From Octopus vulgaris (taxonomy: Eukaryota), in NCBI GenBank assembly GCA_951406725.2, contig OX597823.1, positions 52,390,001 to 52,454,000 of the forward strand: 64,000 nt of DNA, written 5' to 3'. The notes beneath the pieces were generated by a model, which saw only the letters and a program-made list of their open reading frames with translations, ran no database searches and had not been told where the DNA came from. Positions 15,391 through 28,815 of this stretch are shown here, in pieces. Numbering within the stretch: the stretch's first letter is position 1; each line of letters starts with the position of its first letter. The position numbers and the translations under genes are program-made.

Positions 15391-15789
15391 TAAAAAAATT
15401 CAAATATTATGACAAATTGTTTCATAATTTAAAAACATGTAAATAATTTATATTATTATATTTAATAAATTAATTACTTACATGTCTGCATTAATATAAA
15501 ATGCAAAAAATTTTTCAAATAATGCGGAACTTAAACTACATACTCAGGTGAAAGAAAGTCTTTGTTAAATACTAAATTCTCAGCATAATGTTACAAGAAT
15601 GCAAAGTTAAAATTTTAAAAGATTATGGAAGACAATAATAATAAAATTAATACGATAATTTTTTAATAGGAAATTTTAGTAATATAATCAAAAGGCAACT
15701 AGTAGATAATATTAGTACAATAAAAGAAAAGAGATATATTTATTACTAAAAAGCTAGAAAATAAAAGGTCGTAAAATAAAGAAAATATC

Positions 15790-15820
<31 letters not shown>

Positions 15821-15885
15821 TAATAATAATAATGATGATAATAATAATAATAATAATAACAACAACAACAACATCAACAATAACA
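15790..15885 (+). repeat. (AAT)n/(AAC)n trinucleotide microsatellite
   Basis: Direct inspection. Confidence 0.9.
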
Positions 15886-16411
15886 AATTAAAACTAAATA
15901 AAAGTATTTAGAGACAATATTTATGGAATATAAGGAGTGATATCTACAAGAAGATATGAAGAATATAAAATTAATATATATGCACACAATAACTATATAG
16001 ATATACTATATATGTATGTATGTAAGTATGTGTGTACATGGTTTATGTGTGTGTGTGTGTGTGTGTATGCGCTATCTCAAAGACAGAATGCAAATAACTA
16101 TGATGCTATTGTTTTCCTTCCCTTTTCTCTGTAACAATGTTATGTTTACTTGACTGATAATTTAGTAGAAAGCAATAAACTATAAGAAGAGAATGGCATG
16201 CATTCACAGACAAAGTTTAATTTTGGCAGCAAAATATTCAAAATGAATGAAAATACAGAGAATCTAAGCGAAATGATATTGCTTTTTATAATGTAAATGC
16301 TTATTATAATTGTCTTTTATTTTTTAGGATTATCTGTCTATAACTCCTTTGACTGATTTAAATGTAAGCTATGTTACTGTTTGATAAGTTTGGTAAAAAC
16401 GTATGCTTTAA

Positions 16412-17000
16412 CTCTTTTACCATTCAGATTACTCTATCAAATATAATGCTTCTTTTAACATATTATTTTGAATTAATCATTCATTATCTTGTAACTGTAA
16501 AAGTTCAATGATGTGATTGTTTATTTTTAGAATAACCATGTAGGGTAGGTATGAGAGGCCAGATCTGACCAATTTGAGCATAAAAACAAGTGGAATATTT
16601 ATGCTGAATGTGGTCGGTTTAAATCAAGGGTTTTCAACCATTATTTTAACTCTGGATCACTTTGGTTACTATTTTATTCTGGTGGACCCCCATAGCTATT
16701 CAGTGTTCAGAAACTACTTTTATAGAAATCTCTTTCAAAATTCCTATTTGTTTTTCACTCATTATCTTGTGTAGGTTGAACTATGTAAAATGTTAGAGAA
16801 AGAAATCTAAATGTTTCTTGTATTACATAGCTATATGTATATCTAAAGCAAAAAATTTTCAGGTGCTTTGAAATACTTTTATGGATCCCCATTTTATTAT
16901 TTTGTTGCATGGACCTCCCACCCTCACCCCAGAAATCTTATATGGATACTCAGAGGACAAATCAACCCAGATGAGAACTATCGGTTTAAATGTTTAAGGG
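16412..17000. mobile_element. piggyBac-like MITE interrupted by a hAT MITE
   Basis: TTAA|CTCTTTTACCATT ... AATGTTTAAGGG|TTAC. Body homologous to 23970-24184. Confidence 0.65.
16625..16983. mobile_element. hAT-type MITE
   Basis: Perfect 8-bp TSD GTTTAAAT (16617-16624, 16984-16991). Degenerate TIR CAAGGGTTTTCAACC / AGATGAGAACTATCG. Confidence 0.7.
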
Positions 17001-17517
17001 TTACAAATAACTATTTTGTTCTGTAAAATACTGCAAAATTCTTAAATATTCTCGGTTGAAATATTACATTGTGAAAATGAGTAATTAAGGAAATTAACCT
17101 AAACAGAAAAATAAAATAAAAACTGGAGAAATTTAATCTTTCCAGAATTGGTTTCATTTCTTCACTTCATCAAGTATTTCACAGCATTCTTCTGACAAGT
17201 CTTGATTTCAGCAGATTTATTTAACTTACACAATGACCCAAAAGTGAGCAATATGATCAATTTTTCTATATAAGAGGTTTGGCAGAAACCATATGAAATT
17301 AATTACAGCAAATCAGTTTTAGAGTCAACAGAAAGTTATAATTAAGAGCTTGGAAATAATAAATGCAAACAGTGTACGATAAAATTTCAAGTACAACAAA
17401 TAGTAATCAAAAACGGAAAGGTTACAGAGAATGTAAAACCAGATGATAATTTGTTTAAAATTGCAAAAACAAATTGAATGTGATCACTATCATGAAATGT
17501 TTAATAGATGATTTGTG

Positions 17518-17557
<40 letters not shown>

Positions 17558-17589
17558 GTATCTATGACCATATATATGCATATATATAA

Positions 17590-17880
17590 TTAGTGTAGGT
17601 GGTACTACTGCTATTTCGGCCGCTAGTCATTGCTCCAATTTCAGCCAACAAATCTAGTCAACACACAAGACAGCTATTATGCTCCCTCACCCCTCGCAAA
17701 AAACCACCACGTGGACTCTGTTGAGACTAGTAAGAAACAATTACGAACTATTTTATTACACTTAGCTTTTAAAAATATTTTTGATAAGGTTCATTTTTCA
17801 AGAAGAACCGAAACATGTAAAATTTCTAAGAAAATTAAAATTTATCTTATTTAGTGGCATTTTCAAACTTCTTTTTTTAT
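17590..17880 (+). mobile_element. 5'-truncated PLE terminus (solo pseudo-LTR) between (TA)n tracts
   Basis: Contains the hammerhead at 17777-17823. The tail GCATTTTCAAACTTCTTTTTT resembles GCATTTTCAAACCTTTTTT in the main element. Confidence 0.55.
17777..17823 (+). ncRNA. Minimal type I hammerhead ribozyme (U3-A8 variant) in a solo PLE terminus
   Basis: ATTT-TTGATAA-GGTTC(12 nt loop)GAACC-GAAA-CATG-TA-AAAT. All helices and core positions fit. Confidence 0.72.
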
Positions 17881-17947
17881 AAATATATATATATATATAC
17901 ACGTACACATGTATATATATGCATACACATACATGCTTACACATACA

Positions 17948-18167
17948 TATGAGAAGGGGCTGAAAAGTTCTTCGCTATAAGGGTATCACAGAAGGCCTGG
18001 TTGGAGGCCCAAACTTTCGACTTCTTTTACAGAGCTTAAGAAAACTGAAGGACTGCTGTAGTAAGTGTGTGAATCTGAGAGGGGAATATGTTGGATAAAA
18101 TCATAATTAACTGATCCTCTTGTATTTTCTTTTAGCCAAAACCAGGAACTTTTCAGAATCTCCTCAT
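17948..18167. mobile_element. Mariner-like MITE
   Basis: TIRs TATGAGAAGGGGCTGAAAAGTTC / GAACTTTTCAGAATCTCCTCATA with TA flanks. Confidence 0.7.
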
Positions 18168-18373
18168 ACATATGTATGCATATATATATATATATATACA
18201 CACATACACATATTTATGTATATATGTATGTATATGTATATATGTATGTATATGTAAATATGTATGTATGTGTGTATATATATATATGTGTGTATTTATA
18301 TATATATCATATATATATATATATATTTACCATTGTTTTAATTGGAATATTTACATATTACAGTGTGTATTTA

Positions 18374-18440
<67 letters not shown>

Positions 18441-18602
18441 TTATGTATATATGTATGTATATGTATATATGTATGTATATATAAATATGTATGTATGTGT
18501 GTGTATATATATATGTGTATATATATATCATATATATTTGCCATTGAATTAATTGGAATATTTACATATTACAGTGTGTATTTATGTGTGTGTGTGTGTG
18601 TG

Positions 18603-18646
<44 letters not shown>

Positions 18647-19165
18647 TAGATATATATATAAGAGGTATTGGTATCCAGGAGATTCAAGATGACAGGTAAG
18701 TTTATGTAAGTGCTATGGAAGGACCACAATTAGACTCTTGGTTCGATAATAATATGAGTCTAATGCGGGTCATGTGTGAGCATGTATATGTTAAATAAAG
18801 CGAGACAACAAAATCAAGGCTGTGTGGAATTTATAGGATATTTATAAGATATTTATAAATATCCTATAAATTCCTCTCAGCCTTGGTTTTGTTGTCACAT
18901 TTTATTTAACATATATACATACACACATATATATGTATGTATATATATATACACATATATATATATATACATATATATATGTATATATACATACATATAC
19001 ATGCATATACATCCATGCTTACATATACATACATACCTACATACATGCATAGATGTACACTCTTTAAATACATATACATATATTCTTCCTATACACAAAT
19101 AGACATCATCTGTAAATATACTCCAGATACACATCATATATAAATGTGTGCGCGTGTGTGTGTGC

Positions 19166-19196
<31 letters not shown>

Positions 19197-19636
19197 TATA
19201 TACATATATACATATATACATACATGTACAATTTATTCATCCTGAATAATTTGATTTCTGTATAAATTGACTCATTAATAAGATCTTATTGAAACAGAAG
19301 TATACATAAGTGTTGATAAAATGAGATTCATTGAACTGCAGCATGTCTGGAGCTTTAACTCATATGCTGAAAGCTGGAAAATAGAATGGCAAAAATAGGA
19401 ATAACTTGTTGTATAACTTGCATAAATTGAGTAGTTTCATAACTGATAGATGTAAATCTTCAGTTGAGTGCAAATTACAATGAAAGCATTGAAAAAGAGA
19501 ATGGTAAATTATATATTTGTAAAGATGTAGAGTGCATATAATTACACATTGAATATATGTAGGAAGGTCTGTAATTGTATTGTTACATAATCAGTGCTGA
19601 CTTGCATATTCATATACGCATACATGGAACAAATAT

Positions 19637-19677
<41 letters not shown>

Positions 19678-19767
19678 TGTGTGTGTGTTTTATGTGTACA
19701 TATATATGTAAATGTATATATAAAGATGTGTGTGTGTGCATATATGTGTCGGTCTGTCTGTATGTAT

Positions 19768-19818
<51 letters not shown>

Positions 19819-19865
19819 TGAATTTAAAACAATAGAATTAAATATTCCTTGAGCTTACTGAGAAC

Positions 19866-19901
<36 letters not shown>

Positions 19902-19904
19902 ATA

Positions 19905-20750
19905 CAGGAGTGCAATGGGTACATTGCTGCCAATTTATACTTTTAATTTTGCACATGCACATTGCTTGTTTTTGATTTTGTCCACTACACAGTACAGTAG
20001 GGTCAGTTGGGTACCAACTGCGAGAAAAACAGCCCCATGATGCAATTTACTCCAGAAATTTGGAAATGACTTGTCATACTGCTTGGCATTCATGCAGGAA
20101 GCTGCAATACGAACATTTCAGAGTGTTTGGCTGTCAATCTGTTGGCTTGCCATGTCCCCAAAACAGGTACTGAGAGTGATAAAAATCAAGAAGCCAGTCA
20201 ACAGCATGAGGTTTTGAGTGATCACTAGTGATGATGAAGTTATGTTTCCATTCAGCTTCCCACATGGCCTCAGACTCATCACGGAGGCCTACATCAAGTG
20301 CCTGGAGGAGGTGGTGATGCCCTAGATCAAGAGAGTGGTTGCTGAAAGACCCTATGCCTTGCAACAGGGCTCTGCACCATGCCATACAAGCAGGCAAACC
20401 CAGTCATGGCTGTCAGACAATTTCTGCGACTACATTACCCCTAACATCTGGCCACCCAACTCTTTAGACTGTAACCCTGCTTGATTATTATGTGTAGGGC
20501 GCAGTTGAGTGAAAGACCAATAAAACTCCTTATAACACCAAAGACGAACTGGAGGCAAAGATCATGGCAGCATTCACCAACTTAAACAAGGAGACTGACT
20601 AGAAGAAGAGTTGCAGGAGATTTTGATGTCGCCTAGTGGCCGTGATGGCAATTTTATCGAATAAATTTATCCTTTGGTATTTCAAGGTATTTTTATGCAA
20701 TTTTGGTAAATATATCTGTTAAAATGAGATGTCTGTGTTATCTTAATTTT
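19905..20750 (+). mobile_element. Internally deleted Tc1/mariner DD37D (maT-type) transposon relic
   Basis: TA|CAGGAG start. Degenerate transposase QQ(G)SAPCHTSRQTQSWLSDNFCDYITPNIWPPNS(L)DCNP.DYYV, with 37 residues between the second and third catalytic positions. Confidence 0.82.
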
Positions 20751-21107
20751 TGAATATGCCATGTATCTTAAAGCAATCTTCAATATATATATAGATAGAT
20801 AGATAGATTGTTATAATTATGAGTATAATTATAATTAGGGTTTAGCAAAAAATTTGCTTCACCATACACCGAAATTTAGAAATAGCAGTTAAAACTAGCT
20901 ATTTCTCTACTATAACTAGCAATTTCTAAATTTCAGTATGTGGTGAAGCAAATTTTTTGCTGAACCCTAATTATAATTATACTCATAATTATAAAAATTT
21001 TTGTTTAATTTTAAGTTTACCGATAATGGCTAATTTAACATACCGAACTACTTGGTAAAATTATTAATTATTAATTAATTAATTAATTTTACCCTTTATT
21101 ATTATTG

Positions 21108-21205
<98 letters not shown>

Positions 21206-21728
21206 GCAGGCAAGCAGGCCATAAGACTGACAGACAGAACTACACATACATATGCATACATACGTACATACATACATACATACATACATACATACATACA
21301 TACATACACACATATATATATATCATATTGTTTTATTGACACTGAAAAGGCTTCGCAAACTCAGAGTTTTTCCTAACCAATCATCAGATATGTATGATTG
21401 TTTGAATGCTACTTACATTGAGATCATCATCAATGTTAGTGCTGTTGTCTGTGGCGGTCAAGTAGAATCATGATCATATCATTCTAGTCATGGCAGTCAC
21501 GTCTTTTAATGGGTATTTAAGACTAGATATTCCAATACATTTTTTTCCCTATATTTTTACCTTTAAATGTGATATGAGAGAAATTTCATTGCTAATTCTT
21601 GCATGTTTAGCAACCATGTAGAGCTTACTTTGTCATTCAATCTATAATGATGCTCTCTTCTATATCTACTTCCAAATATCTTTCCCAAATATGATGCTTT
21701 ACTTAATATCTTCCCCAAATATCTACAG

Positions 21729-22130
21729 CTCTTTTACTCTTTTACTTGTTTCAGTCATTTGACTATGGCCATGCTGGAGCGCCGCCTTTAGTTGGGCAAA
21801 TCGACCCCAGGACTTATTCTTTGTATTCTATTGGTTTCTTTTGCTGAACCACTAAGTTATGGAGGCGTAAACACACCACCATCGGTTGACAAACAGTGTT
21901 GGGGGGGGGGACAAACGCAGACACACAAACATATACACATACATACATATATATATATGCATATATACGATGGGCTTCTTTCAGTTTCCGTCTACCAAAT
22001 CCACTCACAAAGCTTTGATCGGCCCGAGGCTATAGTAGAAGACACTTGCCCAAGGTACCACACAGTGAGACTGAACCCAGAATCATGTGGCTGGTAAGCA
22101 AGCTACTTACCACACAGCCACTCCTGCGCC
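21729..22130 (-). mobile_element. SINE family A
   Basis: Reverse complement of the family A consensus. Confidence 0.88.
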
Positions 22131-23372
22131 TAAACATTAAATTTAGATTTTCACCTGAAAATTGTTACCTTAAATAAATTTTCGTGGTATGCTACTCCAT
22201 ATTTTCAAGCTCCATATACAAAGCCTCAGACTCTATGCAATATACATAGTTTTGCTTTCTACTGTCTCACATATCCTCCCTAACTATTCTTTTTTAAATA
22301 TAATAATAATAAATAATATTCACAGACCATCAGTTTATAAATTTAGTCAATTGACTCTGTAAAAGATACATTTGGTTTGTATAGTTTTACATGTTTTTAC
22401 TCTCTAAGTGCACTGTACTTGGGATCAAAGATGGCTTTAATGTGATCTGATCATATGCAATTTCATTTATTACATTAGAAGTTTCACAAACAAATATCTA
22501 TTTGCAAACATTTTTACGACTCAGTAGAATGGCAGGATACATTTGGGAGTGACAGTGCAGAGTATTGGTGGCAGGTTTTCTATCTTCCTTTTCCCATATA
22601 TCTACAGAGTATTACAGTTCATTAAGATGTCAACTTGTCTTGCTGAATTGGGTGTGAGAAGAAAATCAAGAGAAATCATAGAACTTGCAGAATAATCTTT
22701 TAATGGCTTTTTCTAAGGTGGTTCAAATTGACCTGTAATTTGGGTCAGGTGGAAATTAAGTTGAATTTAAAAGAAAAAGGAAATTAAAAACGCTAAAATC
22801 TGTCTACAAGAAATATGATTAAATGGACAAAATTTAGTACTTCTCATCATTCTGATATGAAAAATAACATTAACATTTTATACAGTCTAAAAGCAAGGAA
22901 ATTATGGACATTCTTTGTTTCTCTAATTTCACTTCTCTCACTCTCCCTTTCTCTCTTTCTCTCTCTCTCTCCCAGTCTTTCACATTGTAGTAGTGTGTAA
23001 ATGAAATAATAAGATCGCAAGCAATAGAGGGTTAGTAAACTTCCTGTAAGGTGACTCAGTAAGACATGATAACAGTTCAATTCCTTGTTGAGACATTTCA
23101 TTTTATAGATTTCTAATAACTTTGATTAAGCATGGTTTCAAACTTTTGGTGTAAGGCCAGAAAACTTTGTGGAGGGATCCTAGTGTTCAACTGATACTTA
23201 TTTTATCGACCTAGAAAGGATTGAAAGCAAAGTCAACCCTGGCAGAATTTGAACTTAGAATGTAAAGACGGTTGAAATGCTGTAAAGCATCTTGCTTGGT
23301 GTACTAATACTTCTTCCAGCTTGCCACCTCAAGCATGGTAAATTTTAATAAGTAAGAGTGAAAGTATACATA

Positions 23373-23790
23373 GGTGCAGGAGTGGCTGTGTGGTAAGCAG
23401 CTTGCTTACCAACCACATGGTTCCAGGTTCAGTACCATTGTGTGGCACCTTGGTCAAGTGTCTTCTACTATAGCCTCGGGCCGACCAAAGCCTTGTGAGT
23501 GGATTTGGTAGACAGAAACTGAAGGAAGCCTGTCGTATTTATGTATATATATGTGTATGTGTGTGTATTTGTTTGTGTGTCTGTGTTTGTTCCCCCCAAC
23601 ATTGCTTGACAACCGATGCTAGTGTGTTTACGTCCTCGTAATTTAGCAGTTCGGCATAAGATACTGATAGAATATGTTCTAGGCTAACAAAGAATAAGTC
23701 CTGGAGTTGATTTGCTCAACTAAAAGGCGGTGCTCCAGCATGGCCACAGTCAAATGATTGAAACAAGTAAAAGGGTAAAAGAGTAAAGGG
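23373..23790 (+). mobile_element. SINE family A
   Basis: Full-length match to the other copies. Confidence 0.88.
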
Positions 23791-23969
23791 TATGTATGTT
23801 TGAAGTTGTAGGCTACAACAAGGCTTTTAGGGAGCTGCAATTTTGCTGAGAGGCCAATGCTTACAAAGAGAACCTCATAGGCTACTTGACTACTTTTTGT
23901 ACACAATTTGCATCTGGACAAGGCAAGGAAATGGGCTCCGCTGCATTGACATTTGTAGAAGTCTGTTAA

Positions 23970-24184
23970 CTCTTTAGCATTCAAATCACTGTGTCAAATG
24001 TAATATTTATTCCCATTGTTTTGAATTAATCATGTATTATCTTGTATCTTCAAGATTTTGATGATTTGATTGTATATTTTTAGAATGACATTGTAGGGTA
24101 GGTGTGAGAAGTCAGTTCTGGCCAGTTGAACATAAAATAGGCAGAATATTTGAGCTGGATTTGCCTAGTCTTAATGCTAAATGG
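23970..24184. mobile_element. piggyBac-like MITE
   Basis: TTAA|CTCTTTAGCATT ... AATGCTAAATGG|ATAA. Confidence 0.65.
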
Positions 24185-25765
24185 ATAAAGTAAAAGGAGA
24201 AATGCTCATGACTTTTGCAGTTTCTTATAAACTAGAAGAATCAATGCAGTCAAATATTGTCCAGATTGACAAGTTATCAGACAAAGCGTGGGATAGAAGA
24301 GATTTCCAGAGTGATATAGTTTTATTAGTATTCTATTATTTTCTTTTGCTATGCCTTTACTATGTCCTACCAATTCTAATTTAAATGCACACTTTACAAA
24401 AATACTGCTATTAGTTGCTGACAATGAACTCTACCTAAATGTACTCAATGTGTTTATTCACTTGGCCAATGTAAGCTTTATGCACCAGAAATGATGTACC
24501 CATCTTCTTTTAACTGGATCACTATCTTCATATCCCATCTGAAATCACTTTTTCTTTTTAAATCATAAAATTGTGGTCTTTACATAAGGTTATCCAGGTT
24601 TGTGGAATCATAAGCCCCTCCTCATCTGCCAACCTAATAAATCCTTTATGCATATACAGTCTGGGCCCTAATTTGCCCAATTTTGCAATAGAAGTCTTTC
24701 TAGACACAAGAAAACTGCTTCAAAATGTATTTGTCAAGAATACTTTTAAAGAAATGTGGCTGCCAATCCCCAGTTGATGAAAAATTAGCACTCTGTCAGT
24801 TATAAAGACGGTGGTTCCAGTTGGTCTAATCAATAGAACAGCCTGCTTATGGAATTAACATGCCAGTGGCTGAGCACTCCACATGATATGTGTACCCTTA
24901 ACCCTTTCATTACCATCCCGGCTGAATCTGGCTCTGGCTCTGAGTACAAATGTCTTGTTTTCATTAATTAGTTCTCAGGGAGATTCAACATGACACAGAA
25001 TGTAACAGGGCTCCCCTTGAAATATAAGTACTACTCATTTTTGCCAACTGAGTTGACTGGAACACCATGAAATAAAATTTCTTGCTCAAGGAGACAATGC
25101 TCTGCCAAGTATCAAACTCACGACTTCACAATCATAAGCCAAATGCCCTAACCACTTAGCCACGCATCTTAACCACTTGGTGAATAAATTATCAAAGGTA
25201 GCAAGACAGAAAAAGTGAGTAAAGTTTATACTTTTGCAAGAGAGAGAGAGAGAGAGAGGGTATGAGTGTGTGTGTGTGTGGTTTTACAAACCACAGACAC
25301 ACACACACACTCTCGCTCTCTCTCCTCCTCTCACACACATACAAACACACACATATATACATATACATACATGCATGCATATGTACAACCACACTTGGTG
25401 AGCATTTCATCCTAGTAAGGTGCAGCTCCATTAGCGATTTGTTTGCAAGAGAAAAGGTTGAAAATTCAAAGCAAAATGTTCTTAACTAGATTCTTAATCA
25501 TCTTTCAGGTGTGTTCTAAGAGAAAACATTTATGGATTAACAGCTTGTCATCAAAAACATGATACAAGAGAAATCATAGATTTCTGGTGTGAGTGAAATA
25601 AATTAATAAATGTGAGTAGAAATAAATGAATACATCTTTTATCTTTTTACTTGTTTCAGTCATTTTTGACTGTGACCATGATGGGGCACCACATTGAAGG
25701 GTTTTAGTTGAACAAATCAACCTCAGGACTTACTTTTTAAAGCTTAGTAGTTATCCTATCAGTCT

Positions 25766-26173
25766 CTATTATTTCTTTATGGATAAACATAGGGGGGACA
25801 AACAAAAACAGACAAACGGATTAAGTCGATTAAATCGACCCCAGTGTGTAACTGGTACTTAATTTATCGACCCAGAAAGAATGAAAGGCAAAGTTGACCT
25901 AGGCAGAATTTGAACTCAGAACATAGCGGCAGATGAAATATCTATTTCTTTACTACCCATAAGGGGCTACACACAGAGGGGACAAACAAGGACAGACAAA
26001 GGGTTAAGTCGATTAAATCGACCCTAGTGCATAACTGGTACTTAATTTATCGACCCCGAAAGGATGAAAGGTAAAGTCGACCTCGGCAGAATTTGAACTC
26101 AGAACATAGTGGCAGACAAAATACCACTAAGCATTTCGCCCGGTGTTCTAATGATTCTGCCAGCTCACCGCCT
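25766..26173 (-). mobile_element. SINE family B, tandem dimer (one full, one 5'-truncated), inside a family A copy
   Basis: Two consecutive reverse-complement copies at 25766-25942 and 25943-26173. Confidence 0.85.
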
Positions 26174-26380
26174 TCAGTCTCTTTTGCCAAACTACTAGGT
26201 TGTGGGGACATTTGTATTACTTGTCCTGTTTGCCATTTTTTCTCTCGATGTTTGCGTATTTAACTTGTTTTTGTATTTCTTGTTGTTTATTGTTCGTGAT
26301 GTCCTGTACCCATATATGCATATATATATGTATGTGTGTGTGTGTGTATCTATATATGTGTATATATATATATTATATAC

Positions 26381-26432
<52 letters not shown>

Positions 26433-26514
26433 ACATAGAGAAAGAGAGACTAACTGAAAACAGAAATAAAATCAAAAGCAACAAAAATCAAAAAGTCATA
26501 CACAGTGAATATAT

Positions 26515-26744
26515 ATTTCTTTACTGCCCAGAAGGGGCTAAACATAGAGGGGACAAACAAGGACAGACGAAGGGATTGAGTCGATTATATCGCCCCCAGT
26601 GCGAAACTGGTACTTTATTTATCGACCCCGAAAAGATGAAAGGCAAAGTTGACCTCGGTGGAATTTGAACTCAGAACGTAACGACAGACGAAATACCGCT
26701 AAGCATTTCACCCGGCGCGCTAACGTGTCTGCCAGCTCGCCGCC
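26515..26744 (-). mobile_element. SINE family B (young, CpG-rich)
   Basis: Full reverse-complement match. Confidence 0.88.
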
Positions 26745-28100
26745 TGTGACACTCAGTTTAAGATAGAAGAAAAGAGGGCAAGGTGATGTCTTGAATATGG
26801 CTCTTTGTCACAAGAAAGAGGAAAGAGAAAAGAACAGACTGAAGAGAAGGAAGAAACATGTGTGCAGTTATATATACAAATATATAGGTGTAAGTGTGGC
26901 TGTGTGGTAAGAAGTTTGCTTCCTAACCATATGGTTTTAGGTTCTAACCCACCTTGTGGAACCTCTGACAAATACCTTCTACTATAGCACTGGAATAACC
27001 AAAGTCTCACAAGTGGATGTGGTAGATGGATACTGAAAGAAGACTGTTTATGTGTGTGTGTGTCCCTCATAAAGACATCAGAGACTAGTTTTGAATGATT
27101 TGAGTACTGCTAAGTGTTTTCTGTACCAAAAATGTCTGAATCACATCTATTGACTATATATATATAAATCTATATTTGGAATGAGCCTATAAAAATATCT
27201 TCCAAAATATTTGTACAGCTAATGATCTATATATCTGACAAACAATAAATCTCAGAATGAAAGTAATATATACATATATCTTTTAATGATGATATTTCTA
27301 ATCCTTTGACGATGGAAATGGTAATGACTATTATTTTCTTTTATGGATATTTATTAATTCTTCAGCAATGGAGCTGGTATCTACTAATATCCTTAATTAA
27401 TAATATTTTTTTATTTTTCCTCTCTAAAAATGGGATAGTTGGCTTATATGGAAATCTCTACTCAGTGATATATGCACCATATGCACAGCTCTTCTAGAAA
27501 CAGCTGTAAAAGATATACATTATTTCCTAATCTCTTATTTACTCTAACAAATCTGCAATTATGTTTGAATAATAAATTATATGCTCTACAGTAACACCAC
27601 ATATTTTGCTTTTTCATCCATTCTTTCTAATATATGTATAATTAAATATACGTACATGTATGCCATGTGTGTAGATGTAAATATTTATTGATATCTATGT
27701 GAATAGTATACATATGTTTATATTTGCTTTACATCTTTCTATTTACATTAAATATGATACATAGATAGCTATTCTGATATATTTTTTTATACTTTCTCTA
27801 ACATGTAACAGATTTTTATTCAGCTAGATAACCATTTGCAATGCCAGTGAATGACATTCCCCATTTTCCTAAATATTAGTGGCAACAAATTTCATGTAAG
27901 CAAACATCTGGGTGCGAGTGCAGGCTATTGACAATGCTCAATGGGGCAGAAATGTATCTGGCACTCTCACTAGCCACTTCTGTACCAATTCATATATCAG
28001 TCTGATAAATAGTGTTTAAAAGCACATCCATAAGGCATAGAGTATCTCTAAATGAGTCCTGAAATAAGTTTTGCCTTTCAACTAAATTTTAATAAGATAG

Positions 28101-28178
<78 letters not shown>

Positions 28179-28232
28179 GTATGGAAAAAATTCAAGGTAG
28201 AAAATGCTAAAATAATTTTATAAAAAATATTT

Positions 28233-28267
28233 CAGTACCGGTTTCAGTCATTGAGCCTTTTCAACTG
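28233..28267 (-). ncRNA. Candidate minimal hammerhead ribozyme (U3-A8 variant) in a PLE remnant
   Basis: Minus strand reads CAG-TTGAAAA-GGCTCAATGACT-GAAA-CCGG-TA-CTG. Stem II is imperfect. Confidence 0.58.
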
Positions 28268-28766
28268 TAAGTATGGAAGACAATTGAATTTTGGAAAAAT
28301 TAAAAGAAAAGTTTTTTCAAAGAATATTTGCATAGTATTCAAATACAAGGGACATTTTCCTTGTTTCTGCCTATCTCTCTCTTGTTTACTCTTGTGGGTT
28401 TGAGGTCATTGTGAATTCTTGCAGGGAAGAAGGAGGAGGAGGAGGAGGAGGAGAATGTGGGAGTGCCATGATAGTAGTAGGATGTTAAATGGTCAAATAT
28501 ATATATATTCAAAAATATGGGAATGGAGTAGATAAAAACCAGGTTACATATGTTTCATTTGAATGTATATTCACACATACAACAACCCCAGTTGCTAACT
28601 GTGAACTATGAAATGAACTTTTTTCAACTTAACATACTTCGATTGGGAAAAATTCTGCACCAATGAATCACTGTTGTTCCTGAAAGTTGTTTTTTATATC
28701 TTTTATGGATTGCTTGAAGCTCCCTAACTTCTTTCAACTTAAAACTTGGATCTTACCTTTACATAT

Positions 28767-28814
<48 letters not shown>

Positions 28815-28815
<1 letters not shown>

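Noticed and set aside
18190-18620. ~210-bp tandem duplication
   Set aside because: Ordinary slippage or unequal crossover between microsatellites.
27815-27900. Tyrosine-recombinase box II (GKW...Y)
   Set aside because: No HxxR motif upstream and the match is too short.
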